This document shows, one piece after another, positions 7,667-16,019 of a stretch of DNA of 24,000 bases. The translations under genes and the position numbers were made by a program. Location: positions 100,841 to 124,840 of the forward strand of contig CAZCTR010000001.1 of NCBI GenBank assembly GCA_964501715.1. Reading direction: 5' to 3'. This stretch comes from an uncultured Candidatus Izemoplasmatales bacterium. Its GTDB lineage: Bacteria > Bacillota_I > Bacilli_A > Izemoplasmatales > Izemoplasmataceae. How positions within the stretch are numbered: position 1 is the stretch's first letter; each line of letters begins with the position of its first letter. The notes below the pieces were generated by a model, which made no database searches, had not been told where the DNA came from, and was given only the letters and a program-made list of their open reading frames with translations.

Positions 7667-7867
7667 TTATTCCTCTGTCTCTTCTTCGCCTGCGGTCTTG
7701 TCAACGACCTGACGACCATTGTAATGTCCGCAATGTTTGCATACGCGATGCGCAAGTTTCGTCTCGCCACAGTTCTCACAAACGACCATGCCGGGCATGC
7801 TTAGTTTCTGATGGGTGCGACGCTTTCTTTTGCGCTGTTTCGAATGACTTCTTTTGGGTACAGCCAT
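7667..7867 (-). CDS. rpmF: 50S ribosomal protein L32 (Zn-ribbon form, acidic C-terminal tail)
   Basis: [19 protein letters not shown] is followed by CENCG...CKHCG. GGAGGA SD lies upstream. Confidence 0.95.
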   Translation of the reverse strand: MAVPKRSHSKQRKRKRRTHQKLSMPGMVVCENCGETKLAHRVCKHCGHYNGRQVVDKTAGEEETEE

Positions 7868-7878
7868 GTTTGGTCCTC

Positions 7879-8352
7879 CTAACTTTTGTAATCCTTCAGT
7901 TTCTGCAATGCTGGATGCCCGCCCGAGGTTTTTTCATGGTCCTCTTCCGCTTCAAAACGATCATCGTTCTGATGATCGGGGTGAATGACGCGCATCGGTT
8001 TTTCCAAGTATACATTAGACCATATTACCGGCAATAAGTCAATAGTCATACCGTCGATTTGGCGATATTCGTCCTGTTCATTTTCCGTGAATGTCTCAAG
8101 CACATCAAAATCCATTTCAAGATGCACAGGCTTGAGACTTCTCGCACACCGGACTTCCACTGTGGTCGTGATGTGAATGTCAAAATAGAAGAACTCGTCC
8201 ACAATTTCGACACTTCCCTCCACTTGGGTCGGGGTTATGCTGAGCACATCGCTGTCTTCAGCGATGAACCCTTCAAGGTTGACGGTCTCGTCGAAATACG
8301 GATTCTGATGAACCTTTTTCCTGAGTTGTCCCACAGTCCATTTTATTGCCAT
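7879..8352 (-). CDS. yceD: YceD/DUF177 family protein (23S rRNA accumulation protein)
   Basis: It holds the conserved position immediately upstream of rpmF. It is acidic and about 160 aa, with the layout typical of DUF177. ATG 8352 is preferred over TTG 8367 because GGGGGA lies 7 nt upstream. Confidence 0.8.
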   Translation of the reverse strand: MAIKWTVGQLRKKVHQNPYFDETVNLEGFIAEDSDVLSITPTQVEGSVEIVDEFFYFDIHITTTVEVRCARSLKPVHLEMDFDVLETFTENEQDEYRQIDGMTIDLLPVIWSNVYLEKPMRVIHPDHQNDDRFEAEEDHEKTSGGHPALQKLKDYKS

Positions 8353-8377
8353 AATATCATCCCCCAAGGACAGTCAA

Positions 8378-8406
8378 ATTATACGTTTTATTTACTTTAA
8401 AGTCAA
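8378..8406 (-). promoter_or_regulatory. Sigma-A promoter for yceD-rpmF
   Basis: The minus strand reads TTGACT-17 nt-TATAAT, about 25 nt upstream of the yceD start. Confidence 0.65.
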
Positions 8407-8420
8407 ACATAAGGTATAAT
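8391..8420 (+). promoter_or_regulatory. Candidate promoter for tmcAL (back-to-back with the yceD promoter)
   Basis: TTTACT (8391-8396)-18 nt-TATAAT (8415-8420). AAGGAG lies upstream of ATG 8449. Confidence 0.45.
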
Positions 8421-8448
8421 GACTTTGCATGCAAAGGAGCTGAAAACG

Positions 8449-9594
8449 ATGAAAACCGCAGGCATCATAGTTGAATACAACCCCCTTCATCATGGGCACA
8501 TGCATCATTTGAAAAAAACGCGCGAGATCACCGGCGCAGATGTGATCATCGCTGTCATGAGCGGCAATGTGGTCCAAAGAGGGGAATTCGCCATCACCGA
8601 CAAGTTCACACGGACAGAGTGGGCGCTAGAAGCGGGAATCGACCTTGTCGTGGAACTCCCGGCGTTCTTCACGCTTCAGAACGCGGACCTTTTCGCATGG
8701 GCGGCGGTGTCCATCCTCGATGCCCTCGGATGTGAGACATTGGTCTTCGGCAGTGAATCCGGGGATGTCCATGCCCTCAAAGCCCAAAGTGAACTCATGC
8801 GCACCGACACATTCAACGAACGGATCAACGCGCTCATGCAGGAAGGGCATTCCTATCCTTCGGCCAACCAGATCGCGCTCGAGACACTTAGTGGAAAGAC
8901 TTTCACACAGACACCGAACGACATCCTCGGAGTCCAGTATCTGAACGCCATTCACGACTTGCGAAGCCCGATGGAGCCCAGAGCTATAGAAAGGGTCGAA
9001 AGCGGGTACTATGAAGCGTATGACCAAAACCGTTCCATTCAAAGCGCGACTTCCGTCAGACAACGCCTTCTGGAAGGAAAAGCGATAGCTTCCTCGGTTC
9101 CCGAACATGTCTACCCGTCACTTCAAAAGGGTTCCCTCAACACCCTTTCCGACTATGACCCCGTCATCCGATACCTTCTCGCAATCCACAGCAAGGAAAG
9201 CCTCGCTCGCATCTTCTCGTTTGAGGAGGGACTTGAAAGCTGGCTTCTCAGGCATCGTGACGCAACCACTCACGAGGCGCTTTTGAAATCGATGGCCACA
9301 AGGCGCTACACCCAAGCGAGAATCAAGCGTTCCATCATGCATATGATGCTGAACACAACCAAGGAAGAAGCACCTCCCTTCAATGTGCCCTACATACGCA
9401 TACTTGGTATGAGGGATGCGGGGCAGGTTTATCTCAACCGGATCAAGCATACGCTCAGTGTTCCCTTGGTGAGCAAAGTCGGTCGCATGCGCGATCCACT
9501 GCTTGAATTCGAACTGAAAACCTCGAGACTCTACGCCGTCTTCACCGATTACAGCGTGTATGAGCGGGAATTCGATCCAGTCATAATCCTATAG
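8449..9594 (+). CDS. tmcAL: tRNA(Met) cytidine acetate ligase (YlbM/UPF0348 nucleotidyltransferase family)
   Basis: MKTAGIIVEYNPLHHGHMHHL (HxGH nucleotidyltransferase motif) and AVMSGNVVQRGE identify the family; total length is about 380 aa. AAGGAG lies 9 nt before ATG 8449. Confidence 0.85.
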   Translation: MKTAGIIVEYNPLHHGHMHHLKKTREITGADVIIAVMSGNVVQRGEFAITDKFTRTEWALEAGIDLVVELPAFFTLQNADLFAWAAVSILDALGCETLVFGSESGDVHALKAQSELMRTDTFNERINALMQEGHSYPSANQIALETLSGKTFTQTPNDILGVQYLNAIHDLRSPMEPRAIERVESGYYEAYDQNRSIQSATSVRQRLLEGKAIASSVPEHVYPSLQKGSLNTLSDYDPVIRYLLAIHSKESLARIFSFEEGLESWLLRHRDATTHEALLKSMATRRYTQARIKRSIMHMMLNTTKEEAPPFNVPYIRILGMRDAGQVYLNRIKHTLSVPLVSKVGRMRDPLLEFELKTSRLYAVFTDYSVYEREFDPVIIL

Positions 9595-9602
9595 TGTTTC
9601 AT

Positions 9603-9631
9603 TTGCCCGTTCGGGCTAAATCCTCTATAAT
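9603..9631 (+). promoter_or_regulatory. Candidate sigma-A promoter for mrp
   Basis: TTGCCC-17 nt-TATAAT (9626-9631). This also argues against the TTG 9631 start used by the ORF track. Confidence 0.45.
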
Positions 9632-9648
9632 TGACCTCGGGTGATATT

Positions 9649-10665
9649 ATGAATGAAAAAGAAACCATCAAGAACGCTTTGGGCGACATCATCGACCCTT
9701 CGAACTCAGAGACCTTCGCGGACAACAATGCAGTACGATACGTGTCCGTCGAGGAGGACGAAAAGAAAGTCAACCTGGTCATCGGGGTTGCCAAGGATGA
9801 TGATGAAACCAAGAAGACCGTCAAGAGACGGATTGCGAAAGTCATCAAGATTGACCTGGGTTATAAAGGGCTCAAGATCGATTTTGAACCATTGAAGAAA
9901 AAAGACAGCATCGTCGATGAAACGCGAAAGATCAAATACATCGGCATTGCGAGCGGAAAAGGCGGAGTGGGGAAATCGACCGTCGCCGCAAATCTCGCAC
10001 TCGCGCTCAAACGCATCGGCAAGAAGGTTGGCATCATCGACGCCGATATCTATGGAAGTTCCATACCGACGCTTTTCGATATGAAAATCACGCTCCCAAA
10101 GGCTGACAAGGATGAAAACATCATCCCCTTCGAAACCCATGGGATTGAATTGATCTCGACGGAATTTTTCCTGAAAAAGGACCAACCCATCATGTGGCGC
10201 GGTCCCATGCTTGGTAAGATGCTCAACAATTTCTTCTATGATGTCGCTTGGAACGAAGAGATAGAATACATCGTCGTCGATCTTCCGCCGGGAACCGGAG
10301 ATGTCGCCATGGACATACAGAAACTGATTCCGGAATGCGAGATGCTCATCGTGACCACACCGCATCCGAGCGCTTCCCATATCGCCTCCCGAGCCGGATT
10401 CGCGGCACAGCAACTGAATCACTCCTTGCTGGGCGTGGTCGAGAACATGAGCCATCTGACGCACAATGGAGACACCTTGAGGATTTTCGGTGAAGGCGGC
10501 GGAAAGGAAGTCGCCGACAAACTGAAGACCGACCTGTTGCAGCAAGTCCCGATCGGCCAGCCCGAAGACGGGCATCCGGGCCTCTACGGCATGAACGAGG
10601 AAATCGGAGTGGCCTATCTGGGGCTCGCCAACAAGCTCGTCAAAGTGGTCGAACAGGATTCATGA
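9649..10665 (+). CDS. mrp: Mrp/NBP35 family iron-sulfur cluster carrier ATPase (ApbC/SalA-like) with N-terminal DUF59-type domain
   Basis: Deviant Walker A GIASGKGGVGKSTVAANLA, DLPPGTGD, and an N-terminal IKNALGDIIDP region support the call. Confidence 0.9.
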   Translation: MNEKETIKNALGDIIDPSNSETFADNNAVRYVSVEEDEKKVNLVIGVAKDDDETKKTVKRRIAKVIKIDLGYKGLKIDFEPLKKKDSIVDETRKIKYIGIASGKGGVGKSTVAANLALALKRIGKKVGIIDADIYGSSIPTLFDMKITLPKADKDENIIPFETHGIELISTEFFLKKDQPIMWRGPMLGKMLNNFFYDVAWNEEIEYIVVDLPPGTGDVAMDIQKLIPECEMLIVTTPHPSASHIASRAGFAAQQLNHSLLGVVENMSHLTHNGDTLRIFGEGGGKEVADKLKTDLLQQVPIGQPEDGHPGLYGMNEEIGVAYLGLANKLVKVVEQDS

Positions 10666-10670
10666 ATGCA

Positions 10671-10698
10671 AAAACCGAGCATCGCTCGGTTTTTTTTA
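10671..10698. terminator. Bidirectional intrinsic terminator between convergent mrp and the regulator gene
   Basis: AAAAACCGAGC-ATC-GCTCGGTTTTTTTT has an A-run on one side and a T-run on the other. The regulator stop codon lies inside the T-run. Confidence 0.8.
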
Positions 10699-11919
10699 TG
10701 CGCCATAAAGACGGGAAAGGGCTTTTGATCGTTTGGAGTGGATGGCCAATGCCTCCTTGTATCTAGATCGTTTGCGCGCCAATTCGATGAGCTCGGTGGC
10801 GAAATGATTGATATAGGATATTTCCTGCTTTTCAATCGCAAGCGGGAAAGCGATATCCCTTAGGTGGCTTTTATAAGTTTCCTCGCATTCCGCAAGCATG
10901 CTTTCATAGTATACTTTCTCTAATAGCGCGTCTTCTTTTGGACTTTTGAAATGCTCGCGCATTCCTTCGGGATCCCTTTTGGCGACCAATGAGAGCGCCC
11001 GATAATACCAGCAGTCCTTGATTTCGCAATAAAGCTCATCCAGCATGCTTTCGACTTCTTGGTCCTTGTTGAACAGTCGCAGTTGCATATAGCGATACAT
11101 GTTGATCAATTCCAATGGCACCATAACTTTGGGGATGGCCTGAAGCGCCTCCTGTGCGGACGACTTTGACTCGTCAATCAAGAAAAAGACATTATAAAGC
11201 TTCAGCATGATAAGGTAATCCGGTTGGTAGTACTCTGTCAGGCTCTTGATCGCCGCCGAGAAGTGACGCATGCTTTCATTTTTCTTATGAAGCTTCTGTT
11301 TAATCAGGAAAGCGTACGTTTCTCTCAGACCGTTGATGTAGTGGTCCCTATGGGAGCTGTCCTGAAGAATTTCAAGATGCTTCAGCGCTTCTGTATATTT
11401 TTGCGTGTCGAATGCATGAATCATGGAAAGCATTTCGTAAACAAGTCCCATATACCGGTTGAAGTGGCTGTTCAAGCTCCACATTTCATTCACTATCCGC
11501 CTGCTTTCCCTGTATTGTTTCTTTCCTACAGTATGCATGAGCCTGATGAGTTCACTCGTATTCAGAAGCTCCAGGTCCGCCGCCTCTTTCCTGAGAGAAA
11601 TCAGTACATTGAATTCTTGATGGTAAAACGCTTTGAATGCTCTTTTCAACACAATGGAATCCTCGAACTCCTTCGAACACAATTCGAGGTTCAATCCGCA
11701 TTTCTTGCTCATTTCCTTGATGAAGTAATCGTTTGGTGGCATCCTGTTGTTTTCAACTTTCGATAGATAACTGACACTGCATATGCCGTTCGAGAAAGAT
11801 TCCTGTGTGAGATTCATCTCTAGACGTTTCCTTTTCACGATCCCCCCCATATAGGATGGCGAGCTTTTCAGGTGATGTGTGTTGCTTCTGAAGGTATGTT
11901 GCCTTTTGTCAAAATTCAT
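10696..11919 (-). CDS. XRE-type HTH transcriptional regulator with a large C-terminal helical-repeat (TPR-like) domain; RNPP/NprR-like architecture
   Basis: The HTH is IVKRKRLEMNLTQESFSNGICSVSYLSKVENNRMPP. It is followed by about 330 aa of helix-rich repeats rich in Y, L, E and K. GAGGGGA SD lies 5 nt before ATG 11919. The family assignment rests on architecture only. Confidence 0.65.
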   Translation of the reverse strand: MNFDKRQHTFRSNTHHLKSSPSYMGGIVKRKRLEMNLTQESFSNGICSVSYLSKVENNRMPPNDYFIKEMSKKCGLNLELCSKEFEDSIVLKRAFKAFYHQEFNVLISLRKEAADLELLNTSELIRLMHTVGKKQYRESRRIVNEMWSLNSHFNRYMGLVYEMLSMIHAFDTQKYTEALKHLEILQDSSHRDHYINGLRETYAFLIKQKLHKKNESMRHFSAAIKSLTEYYQPDYLIMLKLYNVFFLIDESKSSAQEALQAIPKVMVPLELINMYRYMQLRLFNKDQEVESMLDELYCEIKDCWYYRALSLVAKRDPEGMREHFKSPKEDALLEKVYYESMLAECEETYKSHLRDIAFPLAIEKQEISYINHFATELIELARKRSRYKEALAIHSKRSKALSRLYGA

Positions 11920-12000
11920 TGTCTTCCCCTCTCGTGATGTGGATACTACCCTACACGGATTACATTAGAATAGCTTTTTTGCCAGTTGAAGCGTTTATTA

Positions 12001-12025
12001 TTGATAAAATACATGATTTTATCAA
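12001..12025. promoter_or_regulatory. Perfect inverted repeat TTGATAAAAT-ACATG-ATTTTATCAA (candidate operator and/or two opposed extended -10 promoters)
   Basis: The 10-bp arms are exact reverse complements, read directly from the sequence. Each arm contains TG-A-TAAAAT. The repeat lies 82-106 nt upstream of the regulator start. Confidence 0.5.
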
Positions 12026-12060
12026 CCCTTACATAATATCACGTAATGTGTCGTTTTTTA

Positions 12061-12091
12061 TAAAAAAATAGAGAGAAACCAATCTCTCTAT
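12061..12091 (-). terminator. Intrinsic terminator after the DUF2975/HTH operon
   Basis: The minus-strand RNA reads AUAGAGAGA-UUGGUU-UCUCUCUAU followed by UUUUUUA. The hairpin overlaps the TAG stop at 12088-12090. Confidence 0.8.
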
Positions 12092-12297
12092 TCTGATTTG
12101 TCGTATTCCAATATATCCCCGGGCTGACACTCAAGACACTCACAGATTGCTTCGAGCGTGGAGAACCTCACGGCCTTCACTTTATCCGTTTTCAGTTTCG
12201 ATAGATTCACGACACTGATACCGGTGCATTCTGACAAGGTGTTGAGTTTCATCTTGCGGTCCGCCATGACCCTGTCAAGCCTCACTACGATTCCCAT
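12088..12297 (-). CDS. Small XRE-family HTH regulator (YozG-like)
   Basis: 69 aa. LDRVMADRKMKLNTLSECTGISVVNLSKLKTDKVKAVRFSTLEAICECLECQPGDILEY matches the short YozG-type regulators that are usually paired with DUF2975 membrane proteins. It starts 2 nt after the upstream stop. Confidence 0.85.
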   Translation of the reverse strand: MGIVVRLDRVMADRKMKLNTLSECTGISVVNLSKLKTDKVKAVRFSTLEAICECLECQPGDILEYDKSE

Positions 12298-12299
12298 GT

Positions 12300-12902
12300 T
12301 TACACCGTCTCGTCAAATTCGGTCTGAAGGTATCGGCCGTATTCGAAAATCCTCATGAGGATATAAAGCAGTGCGCCAATCAGGAAATAACCCACACCCA
12401 GGTTGTAGTTCGCCTCGAGAAGACCCCCGTCGATCTGAGTGATGATCGAACGCATGAACACATAATCGAAAATGGGAATGACAATCCCGGCGATTATGAA
12501 GCCCAAAGCGATCCATTTCAAGGACGAAGTGACCTCTGAAGCGAACGGACGGGCATTTTCCACACTTGTCATAATGCGTTTCAGAAGGTAGAAAAGCCCA
12601 ACGAGGAACGCCGACCCCGCTATTGCTCTGAGCCCACCTGTAATAAGAATGCTTTTCAATGTTATGTCGCTATTGAGAATGTCATCTGAAAGATAAGCCT
12701 CGAGTTGCAGATCAAAATACTGATGGATGGTTAGCTCACTCAGGTTGAAAGTCAGAAAATCCTGAGATATGACCATTCCTGCCAAAAACACTCCAAGTCC
12801 TACCAAAGCTGCAAAAACGAAAAACCACATGGCTGCAACAGATAAGATCCTTGATGCTTTAATCAATGTCATAAACCGTCTTTCATTGAATGCCGATTGC
12901 AT
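12300..12902 (-). CDS. DUF2975-type integral membrane protein
   Basis: 200 aa with 4-5 predicted TM helices, and the conserved partnership with the downstream YozG-like HTH. AAGGAG SD lies upstream. Confidence 0.7.
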   Translation of the reverse strand: MQSAFNERRFMTLIKASRILSVAAMWFFVFAALVGLGVFLAGMVISQDFLTFNLSELTIHQYFDLQLEAYLSDDILNSDITLKSILITGGLRAIAGSAFLVGLFYLLKRIMTSVENARPFASEVTSSLKWIALGFIIAGIVIPIFDYVFMRSIITQIDGGLLEANYNLGVGYFLIGALLYILMRIFEYGRYLQTEFDETV

Positions 12903-12926
12903 AAAATCATCTCCTTATATACCCGG

Positions 12927-12954
12927 ATTATAACACGCATATTTCTTATGTCAA
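12927..12954 (-). promoter_or_regulatory. Near-consensus sigma-A promoter for the DUF2975/HTH operon
   Basis: The minus strand reads TTGACA-16 nt-TATAAT with TGT directly preceding the -10. It lies about 25 nt upstream of the start codon. Confidence 0.65.
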
Positions 12955-12988
12955 TAACTTTTTAATCTTTATCGTTAATTTTTTAACA

Positions 12989-13016
12989 ATTAAAATGAGA
13001 ACCAATGGGTTCTCAT
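12989..13016 (-). terminator. Intrinsic terminator after nth
   Basis: Hairpin ATGAGAACC-(4 nt)-GGTTCTCAT at 12995-13016 overlaps the nth TGA stop. On the minus strand it is followed by UUUAAUUGUU. Confidence 0.6.
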
Positions 13017-13645
13017 CTAACATCTATATGCGGAAATCTACACCATGGTTTCAATGGACACCCGTCACACTTGGGATTTCTCGAAAGACAGTGGTAACGT
13101 CCAAAAAAAATGAACTGATGATGGGCCTTGGACCATTTTTTCTTTGGAATCTTTCGCATCAGTTTTTCTTCCACCTTGAGGGCGGAATCCTTTTTATAGG
13201 CCAGTTTCAAACGTTTGGCGACACGCCCGACATGGGTGTCGACCGCGATTCTGGGGATGCCGTGCCAGACACTAAGTACGACATTCGCGGTTTTTCGCCC
13301 GACTCCGGGCAGGCTCTCGAGTGCTTCAAGGGAATCCGGGATTTCACCGTTGTATCGTTCCCTTAGCGCCTGCGCCGCATGCATGATGTTCCTGGCCTTG
13401 TTCTTGTAAAGTCCGATGCGCCGGATGGCATTCTCCAGTTTTTCGAGGTCCGCATCCGCAAAATCATCCAATGTCTTGTAGGTGTTGAAAAGCGCCGGGG
13501 TCAAACGATTCACTGAAGCGTCTGTGGACTGTGCGCTCAGCATCACCGCCACAAGCAGTTCTATCCCGTTCGTATAATGGAGTTCGATATTGGCTTGGGG
13601 ATAAAGCCTGTCAAGGATTTCAAGGATGTCTTCTACTCGTCCCAT
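13013..13645 (-). CDS. nth: Endonuclease III
   Basis: The HhH-GPD motif LPGVGRKTANVVL and the C-terminal 4Fe-4S cluster CLSRNPKCDGCPLKPWC are present. It shows classical dnaD-nth synteny. Confidence 0.93.
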   Translation of the reverse strand: MGRVEDILEILDRLYPQANIELHYTNGIELLVAVMLSAQSTDASVNRLTPALFNTYKTLDDFADADLEKLENAIRRIGLYKNKARNIMHAAQALRERYNGEIPDSLEALESLPGVGRKTANVVLSVWHGIPRIAVDTHVGRVAKRLKLAYKKDSALKVEEKLMRKIPKKKWSKAHHQFIFFGRYHCLSRNPKCDGCPLKPWCRFPHIDVR

Positions 13646-14265
13646 AATTTGTAGAACTCCTTAAGCGCTTCCGGGTTTTTTTCAGGGGATTTTCTTATGG
13701 ACGCCTCACTTTTCTGCAAGTGCTTGTCAATGACCCTGAGCGTCGGGTTCTTGTATTTGAGCGCTGTGAGCGTGGCTTCTTTCAACATGTCGTAGGAATA
13801 CCCATCCTCTTCAATCCATTTCTTCACAAGCTCCATATCTAGCTGTGTAAGCGGTTTGTTCAAAGAGCTCTCCAAAAACTCCACCCAACTTGCTGTCTGG
13901 GTCCCCTTAGCTTTGGACTGCTCGCTTTGAATATGATGGATGACCTTGGAAAGAAAATAGTCCACGTTAAAGGTCTCCGTCTCTTTCCCCTCTTCATTTG
14001 TCGTCAGGGTTATATCCAGGTATCCCTTGTCCATCAAGCTGTCAAGGACCGCCTCTGTCTTCTCAGGCGATAACGATATCCACCGCGAGAATTTCTTGGG
14101 TTTGATGATGCCCTCTTTTTCCTGCAACAACCTGCGAAGTTTGATCAGGGCCATCGCCTCGGTCTCCGTGAGGTCGAATTTGTGGTAATACCTGAGGACG
14201 AGTGCGCTGAAATCGAGCACCCCGTCATCGATCAGTCGCATCAATATCTGTTTCAATTGAGTCAC
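13633..14265 (-). CDS. dnaD: DnaD domain replication initiation/primosome protein
   Basis: 210 aa with an N-terminal winged-helix-like region and a C-terminal DnaD-type segment LTQLDMELVKKWIEEDGYSYDMLKEA. It lies directly upstream of nth and overlaps it by 13 nt, as in Bacillus. Confidence 0.8.
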   Translation of the reverse strand: MTQLKQILMRLIDDGVLDFSALVLRYYHKFDLTETEAMALIKLRRLLQEKEGIIKPKKFSRWISLSPEKTEAVLDSLMDKGYLDITLTTNEEGKETETFNVDYFLSKVIHHIQSEQSKAKGTQTASWVEFLESSLNKPLTQLDMELVKKWIEEDGYSYDMLKEATLTALKYKNPTLRVIDKHLQKSEASIRKSPEKNPEALKEFYKLWDE

Positions 14266-14272
14266 CCCTTCA

Positions 14273-14953
14273 TCAGAACTTCTCGCTCTTCTTCGCCAGT
14301 TTCTTGAGCGCGAGCTCGGCAGCGTTCTGTTCGGCTTGTTTTTTGGTGTTGCCTTTGCCTTCGCCCATCAGGATCTCGTCCATATAGACACGCACCGTGA
14401 ATGTCTTGTTATGTGAGGGACCTTCCTCACTGATGACCTTGTAGACAAGCTGGCGCTTATCGGATTGGACCAGCTCCTGAAGGTGTGACTTGAAATCGGT
14501 GAAGTTGATCTCGTCGTCCTTCTTCACGACCGGGAACACTACTTTATCCGCGACTTTGTATACCTCTTCCAGGCCCTTGTCCAAGAATATCGCCCCGACA
14601 AAGGCTTCAAAGGCGTCTGCGAGAAGGGCGCGCCGGTCTCTTCCGCCGCTCTTCTCCTCACCCCTTCCAAGAAGGAGGTATTTTCCCAAATCACAGGCAC
14701 GGGCATAACGGACCAGGGCGTTCTCATAGACATAACGGGCCCTTCTTTTCGTAAGGTCTCCTTCGTTGTAATGCCTGTCTTCCTCATAAAGGTATTTGGC
14801 CAGAATCACATCCAGTACGGCATCACCCACGAATTCAAGTCTTTCGTTGGATTCCGTGTGATGCTCGTTCGCGTAGGAGGAATGCGTCAAGGCTGTCTCG
14901 AGGAGTTTTTTATTGTTGAAATCCAGATTGAAGAAAGCTTCGAGTCCATTCAC
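14273..14953 (-). CDS. rnc: Ribonuclease III
   Basis: The signature is ALTHSSYANEH...NERLEFVGDAVLD, with a C-terminal dsRBD (KTFTVRVY...AEQNAAELALKKL). The GTG start overlaps the plsX stop (GTGA). Confidence 0.93.
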   Translation of the reverse strand: MNGLEAFFNLDFNNKKLLETALTHSSYANEHHTESNERLEFVGDAVLDVILAKYLYEEDRHYNEGDLTKRRARYVYENALVRYARACDLGKYLLLGRGEEKSGGRDRRALLADAFEAFVGAIFLDKGLEEVYKVADKVVFPVVKKDDEINFTDFKSHLQELVQSDKRQLVYKVISEEGPSHNKTFTVRVYMDEILMGEGKGNTKKQAEQNAAELALKKLAKKSEKF

Positions 14954-15951
14954 GGCGTTTCATCCTCCCCGATTCTGTTTGACACTTTCCCGATCACATC
15001 TTGTCGGACAATGTTGGCGGCCTGTACGATTGCGTTGGAAAACCCGTCTTTCTTGGACGCGCCCTGCGCTTTGATCACCGGTGCCCTTAGACCCATGATC
15101 ATCGCACCACCGATTTCCGAAGGGGACATACGCTTTTTGAAACGTTTCAAGTTCCCGGCCGAAAAAAGGAGGCCGAGTTTGCCGAAAAACCCCTTCGAGA
15201 GTTCCTGTTTAAGCATCGTGCCCATACCTTTTGCAGTACCTTCGATGGTTTTCATGACTATGTTGGCGGTAAAGCCGTCGCTGATCATGATCGGAGCCGG
15301 CGGGTCGAGAATTTCCTTCGGTTCCACATTCCCATAGAACGACAGGTTCTTGGACGCCTCGAAAAGCTGTGCGGCCTGTTTGTCGAGTTCGCGTCCCTTG
15401 CCCTCTTCCGAGCCGATGTTGATGAGACCAACCTTGGGATCCTTGATGCCCAGGACCTCTTCGGCGTAAACAGTTGCGAAATTGGCTTGATGCACCATGA
15501 ATTCAGGTTTGATTTCAAGATTTCCACCCGCGTCAAGCAGAATAAAAGGTTTGCCGCTCACTGTGGGAAGCACCGGCGCGATGGCGGTACGCTTCATCGA
15601 CTTCATGCGCCCCACAAGAATGTGGGCACCTGCGATGAGCGCCTGGGTCGCCCCACTTGATACGGCTGCGTCATTCGGACCTTTGCGTACACTGCTCAAA
15701 GTCAAAGCCATAGAGGATTTACGGTTCTTCCTGATGGCGCTGATCGGGTCTTTTTCACCCATTTCAATCGTGCCTTCGGATGCCTCGATGTTGATACGGG
15801 TGTCATCCTTCAGATATTTCTTTATGGCTTCAGGGTCCCCATAAAGGGTTATCTCCACATCGGATAGCTTCTTTATCGCTTCCATGGCTCCTTCAACTTG
15901 CTCTTTGGGAGCATAATCGCCACCCATGGCATCTACAGCAATCTTAATCAT
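14950..15951 (-). CDS. plsX: Phosphate acyltransferase PlsX
   Basis: IAVDAMGGDYAPKE at the N-terminus, 333 aa, and GAGGTG SD upstream. Confidence 0.93.
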   Translation of the reverse strand: MIKIAVDAMGGDYAPKEQVEGAMEAIKKLSDVEITLYGDPEAIKKYLKDDTRINIEASEGTIEMGEKDPISAIRKNRKSSMALTLSSVRKGPNDAAVSSGATQALIAGAHILVGRMKSMKRTAIAPVLPTVSGKPFILLDAGGNLEIKPEFMVHQANFATVYAEEVLGIKDPKVGLINIGSEEGKGRELDKQAAQLFEASKNLSFYGNVEPKEILDPPAPIMISDGFTANIVMKTIEGTAKGMGTMLKQELSKGFFGKLGLLFSAGNLKRFKKRMSPSEIGGAMIMGLRAPVIKAQGASKKDGFSNAIVQAANIVRQDVIGKVSNRIGEDETP

Positions 15952-16019
15952 ACAAACACCTCATCTATTTGGTTTCTTCATTCATTATAGCATACTTGAA
16001 ATGGCTTGTGTCGATTGCT

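Noticed and set aside
9706-10575. 289-aa ORF on the minus strand, fully antisense to mrp
   Set aside because: It lies entirely inside a gene with unmistakable Mrp/NBP35 motifs. It has no SD or promoter. Its composition (D/F/L/G/R-rich with no recognisable motif) is typical of a stop-free antisense frame created by sense-strand codon bias.
11937-12071. 44-codon plus-strand ORF divergent from the RNPP-like regulator, considered as a signalling pro-peptide
   Set aside because: It is not called as a feature. There is no SD before the ATG, which sits inside the regulator's own SD/5' region. It has no signal-peptide-like N-terminus, and the AT-rich spacer makes a chance ORF plausible. I kept it only as something to test under the regulator finding.
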